Of a stretch of DNA of 48,718 nt, positions 19,800 to 29,280 are shown piece after piece. The position numbers and the translations under genes are program-made. The stretch covers positions 1 to 48,718 of the forward strand of contig JAHQWI010000057.1 in assembly GCA_029856085.1 (NCBI GenBank). Reading direction: 5' to 3'. Source of the DNA: Promethearchaeia archaeon. Lineage in GTDB: Archaea; Asgardarchaeota; Lokiarchaeia; Sigyniarchaeales; SOKP01. The notes beneath the pieces were generated by a model, which searched no databases, was not told the origin of the DNA, and saw only the letters and a list, made by a program, of their open reading frames with translations. The stretch's first letter is position 1, and each line of letters starts with the position of its first letter.

Positions 19800-20858
19800 A
19801 TGGCTCCTGCTCAAAACATGATTAAATACATCATAAAGCGCATAATATTAATGATACCTATGCTATTTCTACTATTAATACTTACATGGGTTTTATCGCG
19901 TGTGATGGCAACCGATCCTGCAGCAAATATGTTTGATCCTTTTACTACTGATCCAGCTGCTGTGGAGGCAATGCGGGAAAAGTTAGGATTAAATGAACCT
20001 TGGTTGGTTCAATTAGGTATTTATTTAAGAAATTTCTTCTTAGGAGATTTGGGGGAATCTTACTTAGGTCGATCACAAGGTTATGAAGTTTCAGAATACC
20101 TTAAAATAATTATACCAAGAACTATTGAACTTATGATTGTACCAACAGTATTAACTCCAATAATTGCAGTTAAGCTTGGGGTGATATCTGCTGCAAAAAA
20201 AGACAAACCAGCGGATACATTAATCCGTGGTTTAGCAGTTGCAGGTTCAGCATTTCCTAGTTTTTTAATCGCTATGATCTTTATGTATTGTGGTTCTGTT
20301 ATTTTACCTGTATTTACAGGGGGAAAAATGTTTATTCCAACTTTTGGTTTTAAAAATCCAAGATTAGATGATCCGACTTCATATACAAATTTTAGAATAT
20401 TGGACTGCATTTTAAGCAATAGGATTGATCTTTTAATGGACTCTCTTCTTCATTTGTTACTTCCCATGTTAACAATGATTATGATTTCTCTAGCTGGAAT
20501 TACGAGGATTACCCGATCAACTATGCTTGATGTTTTACAACAAGATTATGTAAGAACTGCTAGAGCTAAAGGTTGTCCGGAAAGTAAAGTTATTAATAAA
20601 CATGCGCTTAGAAATGCAATGATTCCAACTTCAACCGTTATCGTTGCTGGAATTGCAAGTGCACTTATTGGGTCTGTAATAGTAGAAAGAGTTTTTAATT
20701 ATATTGGATTGGGATTCACTATGTGGGAAGCAATTTTATACAGCGATTATTGGATGATTCTTGGCATTATTATATACTTTGGAATCATCATTTTAGTTGC
20801 AAATTTAATTGCTGATGTGTTATATACTATAATTGACCCTAGAATCGTTTTTAAATGA
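19800..20858 (+). CDS. dppB: Opp/Dpp ABC permease subunit B
   Basis: KYIIKR, GDLGES, RSTMLDVLQQDYVRTARAKG, HALRNA, DVLYTIIDPRI. Confidence 0.92.
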   Translation: MAPAQNMIKYIIKRIILMIPMLFLLLILTWVLSRVMATDPAANMFDPFTTDPAAVEAMREKLGLNEPWLVQLGIYLRNFFLGDLGESYLGRSQGYEVSEYLKIIIPRTIELMIVPTVLTPIIAVKLGVISAAKKDKPADTLIRGLAVAGSAFPSFLIAMIFMYCGSVILPVFTGGKMFIPTFGFKNPRLDDPTSYTNFRILDCILSNRIDLLMDSLLHLLLPMLTMIMISLAGITRITRSTMLDVLQQDYVRTARAKGCPESKVINKHALRNAMIPTSTVIVAGIASALIGSVIVERVFNYIGLGFTMWEAILYSDYWMILGIIIYFGIIILVANLIADVLYTIIDPRIVFK

Positions 20859-20882
20859 AATAAAAAGTTAAATGTTTTTAAA

Positions 20883-21878
20883 ATGAATAATAAAAATCAG
20901 ATGGAATTAAAAGAGAGTTTCACAGAAACAAATAGCAATAAAACTAAGGAAAAATATAAAAGATTGCTGAAATTTTATCTTCTCCCATTTTGGAGAGATA
21001 AAGATTTTTCTGCTCAAGAATATGAACTCGGAAAAATTAAATCTAAAAGGAAACTATTTAATCGGTTATATACTCCTTTAACGATAGTTGGTGGAATATT
21101 ATTATTAGTTATTGCAATTTGTGCTGTTTATGCTATGTGGTTAACTCCTTATTCTATTTACGATCTGAATTCCCGTCCAGGTGTGAATCCATATTCACCT
21201 CCCACTGAAGATCATCCATTAGGAACAACCCAACTAGGATGGGATATATTGGGAAGATTAATGTTTGGTTGTAGAACTGCACTTACAGCAGGTTTAGTAG
21301 CTATAACTATAGCAGTTGTGTTTGGAGTCATCATTGGTATAATCTCAGCATATTTTGGGGGTATTATTGATTCATTAATTATGCGAACTTTTGACATAAT
21401 AATTGCATTCCCTAATTTAATATTAGTATTAATATATATCAGTATGTTTGGCTCAGAATTATCGAATATTTTACTAATTTATGGGATTTTAGGTGTGCCC
21501 AGATATGCTAGATTATTAAGGAGCTCTGTATTGCAAGGAAAACAAAATTTATATGTAAATGCTGCAAAAACAAGTGGTGCAGATAATTTTAGAGTGATGT
21601 TTAAACACATTTTTCCAAATGCAATTTCCCCTATTATCGCTTCTGTCTTTACTTCAATGGGAGCTACAATCCTGGGAATTTCTGCTTTAGCATTTCTCGG
21701 TTTTAGCGATAGCTCAATTATAGATTGGGGCACAGATATTAATGTCGGTAGAATTCGACTAATCACAAAACCATGGATTTCTTTATGGCCTGGAATTTTT
21801 ATCGCAATAACAGTTCTTGGATTTATGTTAATTGGAGATGGCATTAGAGATGCACTTGATCCTAAGTCAAAGAAATGA
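20883..21878 (+). CDS. dppC: Opp/Dpp ABC permease subunit C
   Basis: HPLGT..GWDI..R, YVNAAKTSGA, KHIFPN, LAFLG, GDGIRDALDPK. Confidence 0.92.
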   Translation: MNNKNQMELKESFTETNSNKTKEKYKRLLKFYLLPFWRDKDFSAQEYELGKIKSKRKLFNRLYTPLTIVGGILLLVIAICAVYAMWLTPYSIYDLNSRPGVNPYSPPTEDHPLGTTQLGWDILGRLMFGCRTALTAGLVAITIAVVFGVIIGIISAYFGGIIDSLIMRTFDIIIAFPNLILVLIYISMFGSELSNILLIYGILGVPRYARLLRSSVLQGKQNLYVNAAKTSGADNFRVMFKHIFPNAISPIIASVFTSMGATILGISALAFLGFSDSSIIDWGTDINVGRIRLITKPWISLWPGIFIAITVLGFMLIGDGIRDALDPKSKK

Positions 21879-21894
21879 ATGTAGGTGTTGAATT

Positions 21895-23952
21895 ATGATA
21901 ATGAATATTGGAATGAATGTTATTGAAACTACTTTTGGAGCATTATTATTAATAATTTTCATGTTAATTATCCAAATATTAAATTCTATAGAATTTAAAG
22001 TAAAACAAAAGAAAATATTTTTTATCTCAGTATTCCCTGTAATATATTCTTTCATTCTGGTGTTTTTAATTCGTTTAATTAATACAAGTTTTAGATTTTT
22101 ACCTGATAATACAGAATTTTATTTTGCTATAATGAGTAGTTTTTTTTGTCTTCTTCATTATTACTATTTTAAAAAATATATAAAAATAAATATGGAAAAA
22201 GCTAATTCGATAAAATATTTACTTAGATTTAGCTTTTTGTATGATATTGTCAATACAGATCCCAATACTAAAGAAGAGGATAAATTAAATCAAAAATATA
22301 TTAGAAAAATCATAAAATATTATTTCTTAATTATTGGTATTGTCTGGATCATTGCCTTATTATCGATCATTATTAATTTTTTCAGCATATATATCTATCT
22401 CCAATTTGAATTTGGGTTTCAATGGTCATTATATTTAATTATATCTTCAACATTTTTGACAAATATTGGAAACAAATTAATACCATTAGAGAAAAGAATA
22501 TCTCGTGAAATCATAAATTCATCAATGGTTGCTGCGGGTTTAGTTACTTATGGTATCTGGTCTTTACAATTATTGGTTTTTGGACTAGTTCTTCATTTCT
22601 ATTTTCATCTTGTTCTATATTTCACAATTATTCCCATTTTTTTTATATTCTTCTTGATTTTCTTCAAAAAAATCTATAAACCGAAATCTGCCAAGATTGT
22701 AAAAGTAGAAATTAAAAAAAAAGAATCATCAAAATTTGATAAAAAAATCTCTTCTAAAGAAAAAAATAAGGCACTTTTAAGTATTAAAGGGCTTAAAACT
22801 TATTTTTATACAGAAGAAGGTATCGTTCGAGCAGTAGAGGATGTTTCATTTTCAATTTTCGAAAATGAAGTAGTTGGACTTGTTGGAGAAACTGGTTGTG
22901 GTAAATCTGTGACAGCATTATCAATACTTCAGTTAATTCCTCATCCTGGAAAAATTGAGAAAGGAGAAATAATATTTAAAGGAGTAGATTTGCTTCAAAA
23001 GTCAATTAAAGAAATTCGGTCTTTCAGGGGAAATCAGATAACAATGATATTTCAAGATCCCTTAAATTCAGTTAATCCTGTTTTTAAAGTCGGGGAACAA
23101 ATATCTGAGGTTTATCTTTTACATCAACAGGATAAGTTACTCTCATCTGTAGTAGAAAATGAAATAAAACTTAATAAAATTCGAAAGTCCATCAATGAAT
23201 TAAAAAATAAAGATAATTCCATAGATCCCCTAATTTCTGAAAAAATACATGAATTAGAAAAAGAATATAATAGTTTATTAAAATATAAATCTATTTATAG
23301 TGTAGCAAGAGAATGGGGTCAGAATTTATTAAAAGATGTAGGAATACCTGATCCAGAGCAAGTTTATGATAGATATCCTCATGAACTAAGCGGTGGTATG
23401 CGTCAAAGAGTTATGATCGCTATGGGATTAGCTTGTTCTCCTAAATTATTAATTGCAGACGAACCAACTACAGCGTTAGATGTAACTATCGAGAAACAAA
23501 TTTTAAAGTTAATGAAAGAACTTAAAAATAAATACAACACATCTATTCTATATATCACTCATGATTTAGGTATTATTTCTAGGGTGTGTGATAGAGTTGC
23601 AGTCATGTATAGTGGTTATATTGTAGAGTATGGGGCAAAGATACAGTTATTTACAAAACCATATCATCCTTATACTCGTGGTCTTATTGAATCCATACCA
23701 GTAGTTGGAAAGGAAAGAGAATATTTGCCTATTATTCCAGGAATGGTTCCTAATTTAATTTATCCTCCTAAAGGATGTAGATTTCATCCTAGGTGTGATT
23801 ATTGTTTTAAACCTTGTGATAGTGTCATTCCTAAACAAATTGAAGTAGACCCAAATTATTACGTAGCATGTCATCTATACGATCCAAGATATCGTGATGA
23901 AGCTGAAATTGTTTTAAACCAAGAAAAGAATAACGATAAAAAAAAACACTAA
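21895..23952 (+). CDS. dppD: Opp/Dpp ABC ATPase D fused to an N-terminal polytopic membrane domain
   Basis: GETGCGKS, YPHELSGGMRQR, ADEPTTALD, GCRFHPRC..C..C; first ~260 aa hydrophobic. Confidence 0.9.
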   Translation: MIMNIGMNVIETTFGALLLIIFMLIIQILNSIEFKVKQKKIFFISVFPVIYSFILVFLIRLINTSFRFLPDNTEFYFAIMSSFFCLLHYYYFKKYIKINMEKANSIKYLLRFSFLYDIVNTDPNTKEEDKLNQKYIRKIIKYYFLIIGIVWIIALLSIIINFFSIYIYLQFEFGFQWSLYLIISSTFLTNIGNKLIPLEKRISREIINSSMVAAGLVTYGIWSLQLLVFGLVLHFYFHLVLYFTIIPIFFIFFLIFFKKIYKPKSAKIVKVEIKKKESSKFDKKISSKEKNKALLSIKGLKTYFYTEEGIVRAVEDVSFSIFENEVVGLVGETGCGKSVTALSILQLIPHPGKIEKGEIIFKGVDLLQKSIKEIRSFRGNQITMIFQDPLNSVNPVFKVGEQISEVYLLHQQDKLLSSVVENEIKLNKIRKSINELKNKDNSIDPLISEKIHELEKEYNSLLKYKSIYSVAREWGQNLLKDVGIPDPEQVYDRYPHELSGGMRQRVMIAMGLACSPKLLIADEPTTALDVTIEKQILKLMKELKNKYNTSILYITHDLGIISRVCDRVAVMYSGYIVEYGAKIQLFTKPYHPYTRGLIESIPVVGKEREYLPIIPGMVPNLIYPPKGCRFHPRCDYCFKPCDSVIPKQIEVDPNYYVACHLYDPRYRDEAEIVLNQEKNNDKKKH

Positions 23953-23957
23953 TAAAA

Positions 23958-25289
23958 GTGATTTCAATGTTATATACTATTCAAACTGATCCATTTATAT
24001 CTTCTTTACTTATATATATTTTTATAATGTTTGTTGATTTGGGTATTACTTTTTTCATTACCCATATTGGGAAAAATATGCAAAAAATCAGACCTAAGAA
24101 TAAAACCATAATTTCTTTAATAAGTACTTTTTCTGGATTTTTTTACATTACTATTATTTACATAAATAATACCAATATTTTATTTGATCAATTCATTGAT
24201 CAGATGGGTATCACAATTGGAATTTCTATGGTTATCAACCTAGTTCTAAAAATCTATGCAACTAAATTAGCTAAATTACAAAAATTAGTAGATATAAAAG
24301 TATTAGAAAAAGGAAAGAAACTCCTAGAAATTAAAAATTTAAAAATTTATTATCCAATCTATGGAGGGATGATAAAAAGGGTTATTGGAAATGTTAAAGC
24401 TGTAGACGATGTATCTTTTGATATTATAAGCGGAAGGACTATTGGTTTAGTTGGTGAAAGTGGATGCGGAAAAACTACGATTGCAAACTTTATTTTAGGA
24501 TTAGTTCCAAAAGAAGGGGGTTCAATTTTTTACCATGGGAAACCTATCACAAAAAAATACTCCAAATATTTAAGACAAAAAATTCAAATAGTGTTTCAAG
24601 ACCCAGATGCATCCCTAAATCCAAGGATGAAAGTGGTTGATCTAATATCAGAACCCCTTATCTGTCTATTAGGGATAACAAATAAAGATAAATTACGTCA
24701 AAAAGCTTTAAAATTACTGGAACAAGTTTCCCTAAAACGAGAACATTTGGATAGATATCCACACGAATTTTCTGGTGGACAAAAACAAAGAATCATAATT
24801 GCTAGGGCATTAGCATGTAATCCTGAATTAATCATCCTAGATGAACCTACTTCTGCGTTAGATGTATCCGTTCAAGCACAAATTCTAAATTTACTTAAGG
24901 ATTTACAATCTACATATGGTTATGGATTTCTATTTATTACTCATAACTTAGCAGTTGTAAATCATATTGCAGACAGAGTGGTGGTGATGTATCTTGGTAA
25001 ATTCGTCGAGATCGGAAATAAAAAGCAAATTTTTTCGAATCCAGCTCATCCTTATACAAAAGCTTTATTATCTTCACACTCTAAAATAGATCCTTATAAT
25101 GATGATTTGGGATTTGTGCTTGAAGGTGAAGTCCCAAGTCCAGTGAATCCTCCTTCAGGATGTTATTTCAATCCAAGATGCACTTCTGATGCTCGAACTA
25201 GTGCATGTGAAAATGAAACGCCCCGTAGGATAGAAATTGAGGAAGATCATTGCATTTGGTGCATAAAACCTCCTAAAAAAGATAACTAG
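23958..25289 (+). CDS. dppF: Opp/Dpp ABC ATPase F with N-terminal membrane extension
   Basis: GESGCGKT, YPHEFSGGQKQR, DEPTSALDVSVQAQILNLL, GCYFNPRC; first ~100 aa has about 3 hydrophobic helices. Confidence 0.9.
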   Translation: MISMLYTIQTDPFISSLLIYIFIMFVDLGITFFITHIGKNMQKIRPKNKTIISLISTFSGFFYITIIYINNTNILFDQFIDQMGITIGISMVINLVLKIYATKLAKLQKLVDIKVLEKGKKLLEIKNLKIYYPIYGGMIKRVIGNVKAVDDVSFDIISGRTIGLVGESGCGKTTIANFILGLVPKEGGSIFYHGKPITKKYSKYLRQKIQIVFQDPDASLNPRMKVVDLISEPLICLLGITNKDKLRQKALKLLEQVSLKREHLDRYPHEFSGGQKQRIIIARALACNPELIILDEPTSALDVSVQAQILNLLKDLQSTYGYGFLFITHNLAVVNHIADRVVVMYLGKFVEIGNKKQIFSNPAHPYTKALLSSHSKIDPYNDDLGFVLEGEVPSPVNPPSGCYFNPRCTSDARTSACENETPRRIEIEEDHCIWCIKPPKKDN

Positions 25290-25604
25290 TTTTTAAATTA
25301 ATTAGTTTTGGAACATAAACAGAAAAAAAAAGAATAACGGTCTTCGAGGTTATAAACTTACCTACAAGAGTCACTGAACTTACTTTTTTTTGATGGATTA
25401 CTTATATAAGAGAGAAAGAACCACATCTAAAATATGCATACACACTTCATTATATAACTCTTGGCAAGCATAGTATTTAAGATGTAAAAGAAACAAAGAC
25501 ATAACGCGTGAATCAACTTTTCTCAATCGTTACTAGCTAAAATTGGATGAAAGAATTCTGAAAAACATACTGAATCGTATATAATTCAAAAAAAACTGAA
25601 ATAA

Positions 25605-27137
25605 CAGTCTCAAAGGATTTAGATGTGAAAAATCTATTGAGCTGAATTGATATACATTAATATTTGACTCTTTCTAAATAATTTCGAATATTATTTCTTG
25701 TTTTTCATTTCCATCGGAAATTTAGCTGAATCTTTATAAGAAAGAAGTGATAATATTTATGTATGCAACTACAAAAAGTATCTCCTAACTCATTTAAGAG
25801 ATTGGGAGTTAAATCACTTCTCTCTGATGAATATATGTTGGCATTTTTTAAAAGGTTTTGTGATGCAATCACATCTCGCATTTGGAGGTTCAAAAAGCCG
25901 AGAAATTGGAAGTATACAGATATTGACTTTCTAAAGGTGTTCTTCTTCTCTGAAATTATAGGTAGATCCATTCACGATACCAGTGAGTTGTTGAACGAAC
26001 ATTTGTTAGATCATAAAAGAGGAAGGCGGAAAATATTTACGGATGGACGTAGAAGACGAATGATACCCCACCAAACAGAGGTAAACAAGTATTTAAGAAA
26101 GATAGGACTACAAAGAGCACGCAATATTTTACGTGAGTGTCTTGACATTCAATTATTAGAAGCATTAGATCTAAACCTTATTTCAAAGAAAGTAAATGTC
26201 TTAATTGACTTCACAGAGCATCCATATTATGGAAAAAGAGATGATAAGATGATAAAAGGGACAAATCGGCAGAAAGGAACACTTAAAATGCGTCATTATT
26301 TAGGATTTTCAATTTTATCTCGTGAAATTCATTTGTTCGCAGGATTGGAGCAAGTAGCAACAGGCCAATCCAAAATTCCAATTATTCTCAAGTTCATCGA
26401 TCATTTATTAAAATTGGGATTTGAGCTGAAATTTGTATTAATGGACCGAGAATTTTATAGAGCTGAGCTAATAGATGATATAAAACGAAAGGGAGGACAT
26501 GCACTAATTCCTGCTAAACAATATAAGAAGGTTAAACATCTTATCACTGAATATCTTGAAGGAAAGTATGGTAGAGTGCGGAAGTATACATTCTCAACTG
26601 CTACCGAAGCAAAGCGGCGATTTTGGCAGGATGTGTATCTCATAATAAAAGCGAAACGAGGTTTTTCTCTTCAAGGCGTCAAAAGAGATTATAGAGCCGG
26701 AAGAATAACTTTAAAGGATGCACATCATAGGATCTTCACCATAATGACAACTGAGAAGCCTAAGGGTAAAACCAGTTCGTGGGCATCCCGCACATCATTA
26801 TTTTATCGTCGAAGATGGTTAATTGAAACGGGGTTTTCCGACTTAAATCGGATTAATCGACGATGGAAATCAAACCATGATAATGTGCGCTATTTAGATA
26901 TGCTGGTTCGAATGCTTCTTTATAATTCTTGGAAAATGAATAAAAAGCTGATTCAAAAAACTCAAATGCAATACCAGAAATCCTGTAATTGGACATTAAA
27001 TCGAAATCAGGATAACCTTAAGGAGGCGTTTCTAACACTAGAGAAAAAATCATGGGGTGTGATCGGATAAATTCCAAATAATGTCGGTGTGCCGACCATA
27101 AGAAATAAATAAAAAAAAAGTAAATAATTAAATACTG
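25605..27137 (+). mobile_element. ISH3-family (IS4-like DDE) insertion sequence, left end uncertain
   Basis: Contains the transposase; right end ...AATTAAATACTG; candidate left ends CAGTCTC (25605) or TAGTATTTAA (25471); no clear target duplication. Confidence 0.55.
25763..27070 (+). CDS. DDE transposase, ISH3/IS4-like
   Basis: LIDFTEHPYYG, LMDREFY, YRRRWLIETGF (D-D-E with YxxRWxIE). Confidence 0.9.
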   Translation: MQLQKVSPNSFKRLGVKSLLSDEYMLAFFKRFCDAITSRIWRFKKPRNWKYTDIDFLKVFFFSEIIGRSIHDTSELLNEHLLDHKRGRRKIFTDGRRRRMIPHQTEVNKYLRKIGLQRARNILRECLDIQLLEALDLNLISKKVNVLIDFTEHPYYGKRDDKMIKGTNRQKGTLKMRHYLGFSILSREIHLFAGLEQVATGQSKIPIILKFIDHLLKLGFELKFVLMDREFYRAELIDDIKRKGGHALIPAKQYKKVKHLITEYLEGKYGRVRKYTFSTATEAKRRFWQDVYLIIKAKRGFSLQGVKRDYRAGRITLKDAHHRIFTIMTTEKPKGKTSSWASRTSLFYRRRWLIETGFSDLNRINRRWKSNHDNVRYLDMLVRMLLYNSWKMNKKLIQKTQMQYQKSCNWTLNRNQDNLKEAFLTLEKKSWGVIG

Positions 27138-27142
27138 GAAAT

Positions 27143-27154
27143 AAAAAAAAAAAA
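27143..27154 (-). terminator. Oligo-T terminator candidate for the SBP gene
   Basis: T12 on the minus strand about 23 nt after the SBP stop. Confidence 0.45.
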
Positions 27155-27176
27155 TAGGATTATTTTTAGGTTGGAT

Positions 27177-29027
27177 TCATCTCTTCTTTTTGATCAAAAT
27201 AGATATAATCACTAAAGCTGAAAAACCAATGATTGCAAAAGTTGGAAATCCTGGAATCGGAGGTAGATCTGCTGCGGATGGACAGTCAGGATTATATTTT
27301 ATATTGTAAAAGTATGCTGCAGTCTTTGTTGGGTTACCTTCAAACTTACATGATAGTGCTGCGAAGGCTGGTTGTTGATAGAAGAACAAATGCGGATACA
27401 AGGATTGAACCTTTATAGTGATGTTATCAAACATTTCTTGTCGTGCTCCTCCAGCGTCAGATACTAAATCAACCTCCCAAATCCATTGATCTATATCAGG
27501 ATCTGAAATATTTGCCCAATTCAGATATGCACCTGATTGCCATCTTGGCTGCATGTAACTTGCTGGATCTCCATCTCCACCATATCCTACATTATATATC
27601 TCCAATAGTTTTCGTAAGGAAAGGGTTAACAATTTTGTAACTATATCTCCTGATATTTCTACTGACGATTCTATTAAACCTCCAATTGTACGGGCAGCAT
27701 CTTCAACATAAACAGCAATTGTATCCCAAGTAACTGACCGAGTAAATGTATGATTGAATAATGGAGTTGTATCGGCAATGTTTTCCCATGCTGCATTCAT
27801 GGCTGGAGTAGTTTCATTTGTTAAACCAGCAGTTTCAGTAGGAAAAGCATCAATCAAAGTTTGTCGAGCAATTGCAAGGTTGAGATATGGATGTTCGAGT
27901 GCTGGATTATAGTATTTAGAACCTACAGAGACGGGTCCACCGCCTGGTACTGCTAATCCATCAAGACCTACGTTTACCAAACCCCAATAATCGATAGCAT
28001 ATGAGAGAGCCTTTCGGACAGGTAATGCAATTCGTTGAGTGTTTAATACTCCCACTATTTGACCTCCAGAAAGACCAAGATCTATAACATTAACCAAGTT
28101 ACTTGAATTTAATGCATCGAAATCACTTTGACCGGATTCAATCCTTAAATAATCTGCTTGACCTGTCAAAATTGCATTTTCTTGAGTAGCTTGATCTTCA
28201 AAGAATGTAAATATAATTTCAGAAACATTTGCTGGCCCTCGGTAGTAATCATCAAATCTATAAATATGTCCAAACTCTGCTGAATGTTCTCCTAAAGTAT
28301 ATGGTCCGGTTGCCGTTAAATTTTCATGTCCCCAGAACGGTTTGTGTTGAAAGTCTGCATAGTATGTCGGAGATATCATTGAAAATATCGTACTTGTGAG
28401 GATATTATCCGAGGCTGAAAATTCACGACTTCCTCCTTGGATTTGAACCGTGAACTCATCAATAACTGTCGTTTGCTTTATTCTTGGAAAATAACTCCCA
28501 GGTGGTGCCGATGAATAGTTCCAATCCGCTGTGAAATAATCTCGATAAGGATCAATAGGAACCCACAGCGTTAAATTGTGATTATTCCACAAAGGATTAG
28601 TTGATCCGATTATTTCATAAACCCTATCAAAATTCCACTTAACACACGATGCATTAAACGGTGTACCATCATGGAAGACGACATCATCCCTTAGTGTAAC
28701 ATTTATTGTTGTAGCATTATGTTGAACAAAACTTTCAGCCAGTTCGTAGGTTAAATCCCCTCCAGGATGGTTATTTTCTTTTCCAAAAAGTTGCTCAAGG
28801 ATATTTTGACTATATTCACCGAAAATCCTTGTTGCTTTATAAACTGCTGGATCGACATCTGTAAATTGTCCTGGAGTTACTGTCGCAAAGATAAGAACAG
28901 GTTCTTCTTCTTCTTGAGCAGAAACACCAATTAGATGTATATTTACTGAGCTAAGCATAACCAGAATTAAAACAAATATACTAAATTTCTTTTTATTAAA
29001 TTTCATGTCAATTTTCCTCTTTTTCAA
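27177..29027 (-). CDS. Family-5 ABC solute-binding protein with signal peptide and C-terminal IPGF-TM-basic anchor
   Basis: LRDDVVFHDGTPFNASCVKWNFDR, TGPY, VRKALSYAID; tail IPGFPTFAIIGFSALVIISILIKKKR; start may be ATG at 29006. Confidence 0.92.
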   Translation of the reverse strand: MKKRKIDMKFNKKKFSIFVLILVMLSSVNIHLIGVSAQEEEEPVLIFATVTPGQFTDVDPAVYKATRIFGEYSQNILEQLFGKENNHPGGDLTYELAESFVQHNATTINVTLRDDVVFHDGTPFNASCVKWNFDRVYEIIGSTNPLWNNHNLTLWVPIDPYRDYFTADWNYSSAPPGSYFPRIKQTTVIDEFTVQIQGGSREFSASDNILTSTIFSMISPTYYADFQHKPFWGHENLTATGPYTLGEHSAEFGHIYRFDDYYRGPANVSEIIFTFFEDQATQENAILTGQADYLRIESGQSDFDALNSSNLVNVIDLGLSGGQIVGVLNTQRIALPVRKALSYAIDYWGLVNVGLDGLAVPGGGPVSVGSKYYNPALEHPYLNLAIARQTLIDAFPTETAGLTNETTPAMNAAWENIADTTPLFNHTFTRSVTWDTIAVYVEDAARTIGGLIESSVEISGDIVTKLLTLSLRKLLEIYNVGYGGDGDPASYMQPRWQSGAYLNWANISDPDIDQWIWEVDLVSDAGGARQEMFDNITIKVQSLYPHLFFYQQPAFAALSCKFEGNPTKTAAYFYNIKYNPDCPSAADLPPIPGFPTFAIIGFSALVIISILIKKKR

Positions 29028-29037
29028 AAATTTATTA

Positions 29038-29054
29038 AATTACGATCAGTAACT
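29038..29054. promoter_or_regulatory. Operator variant AATTAC-GATCA-GTAACT
   Basis: TTAC-N5-GTAAC core directly upstream of the SBP gene. Confidence 0.55.
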
Positions 29055-29061
29055 TTTAATA

Positions 29062-29078
29062 AGTTACTTACTGTAACA
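29062..29078. promoter_or_regulatory. Operator AGTTAC-TTACT-GTAACA
   Basis: 1 mismatch to consensus; lies between TATA-like TTTATAAA (29091-29098) and the SBP start, in the SBP/TetR divergent region. Confidence 0.72.
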
Positions 29079-29280
29079 CTTATATAATCATTTATAAAAT
29101 TATTGAGAAAATCATTACTTCCAGAAAATTGAATTGATAAGAAATTAATAATTATAAAAAAAATATTTACTCCATTAAATAACAAACAGAATATTACTAT
29201 TTAACTCACTATTCATATTATATCTTTAAAAATTCAAAATTTATTAACTATTTAGATTCAAATAATGAGAGAAATTAATA

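Noticed and set aside
25290-25600. Coding-like intergenic stretch before the IS
   Set aside because: Multiple stops in the frames read and no identifiable motif
27083-27096. GTCGG-TGTG-CCGAC hairpin after the transposase
   Set aside because: Only a 5-bp stem and a single copy; no evidence for an ncRNA or IS200/605-type end
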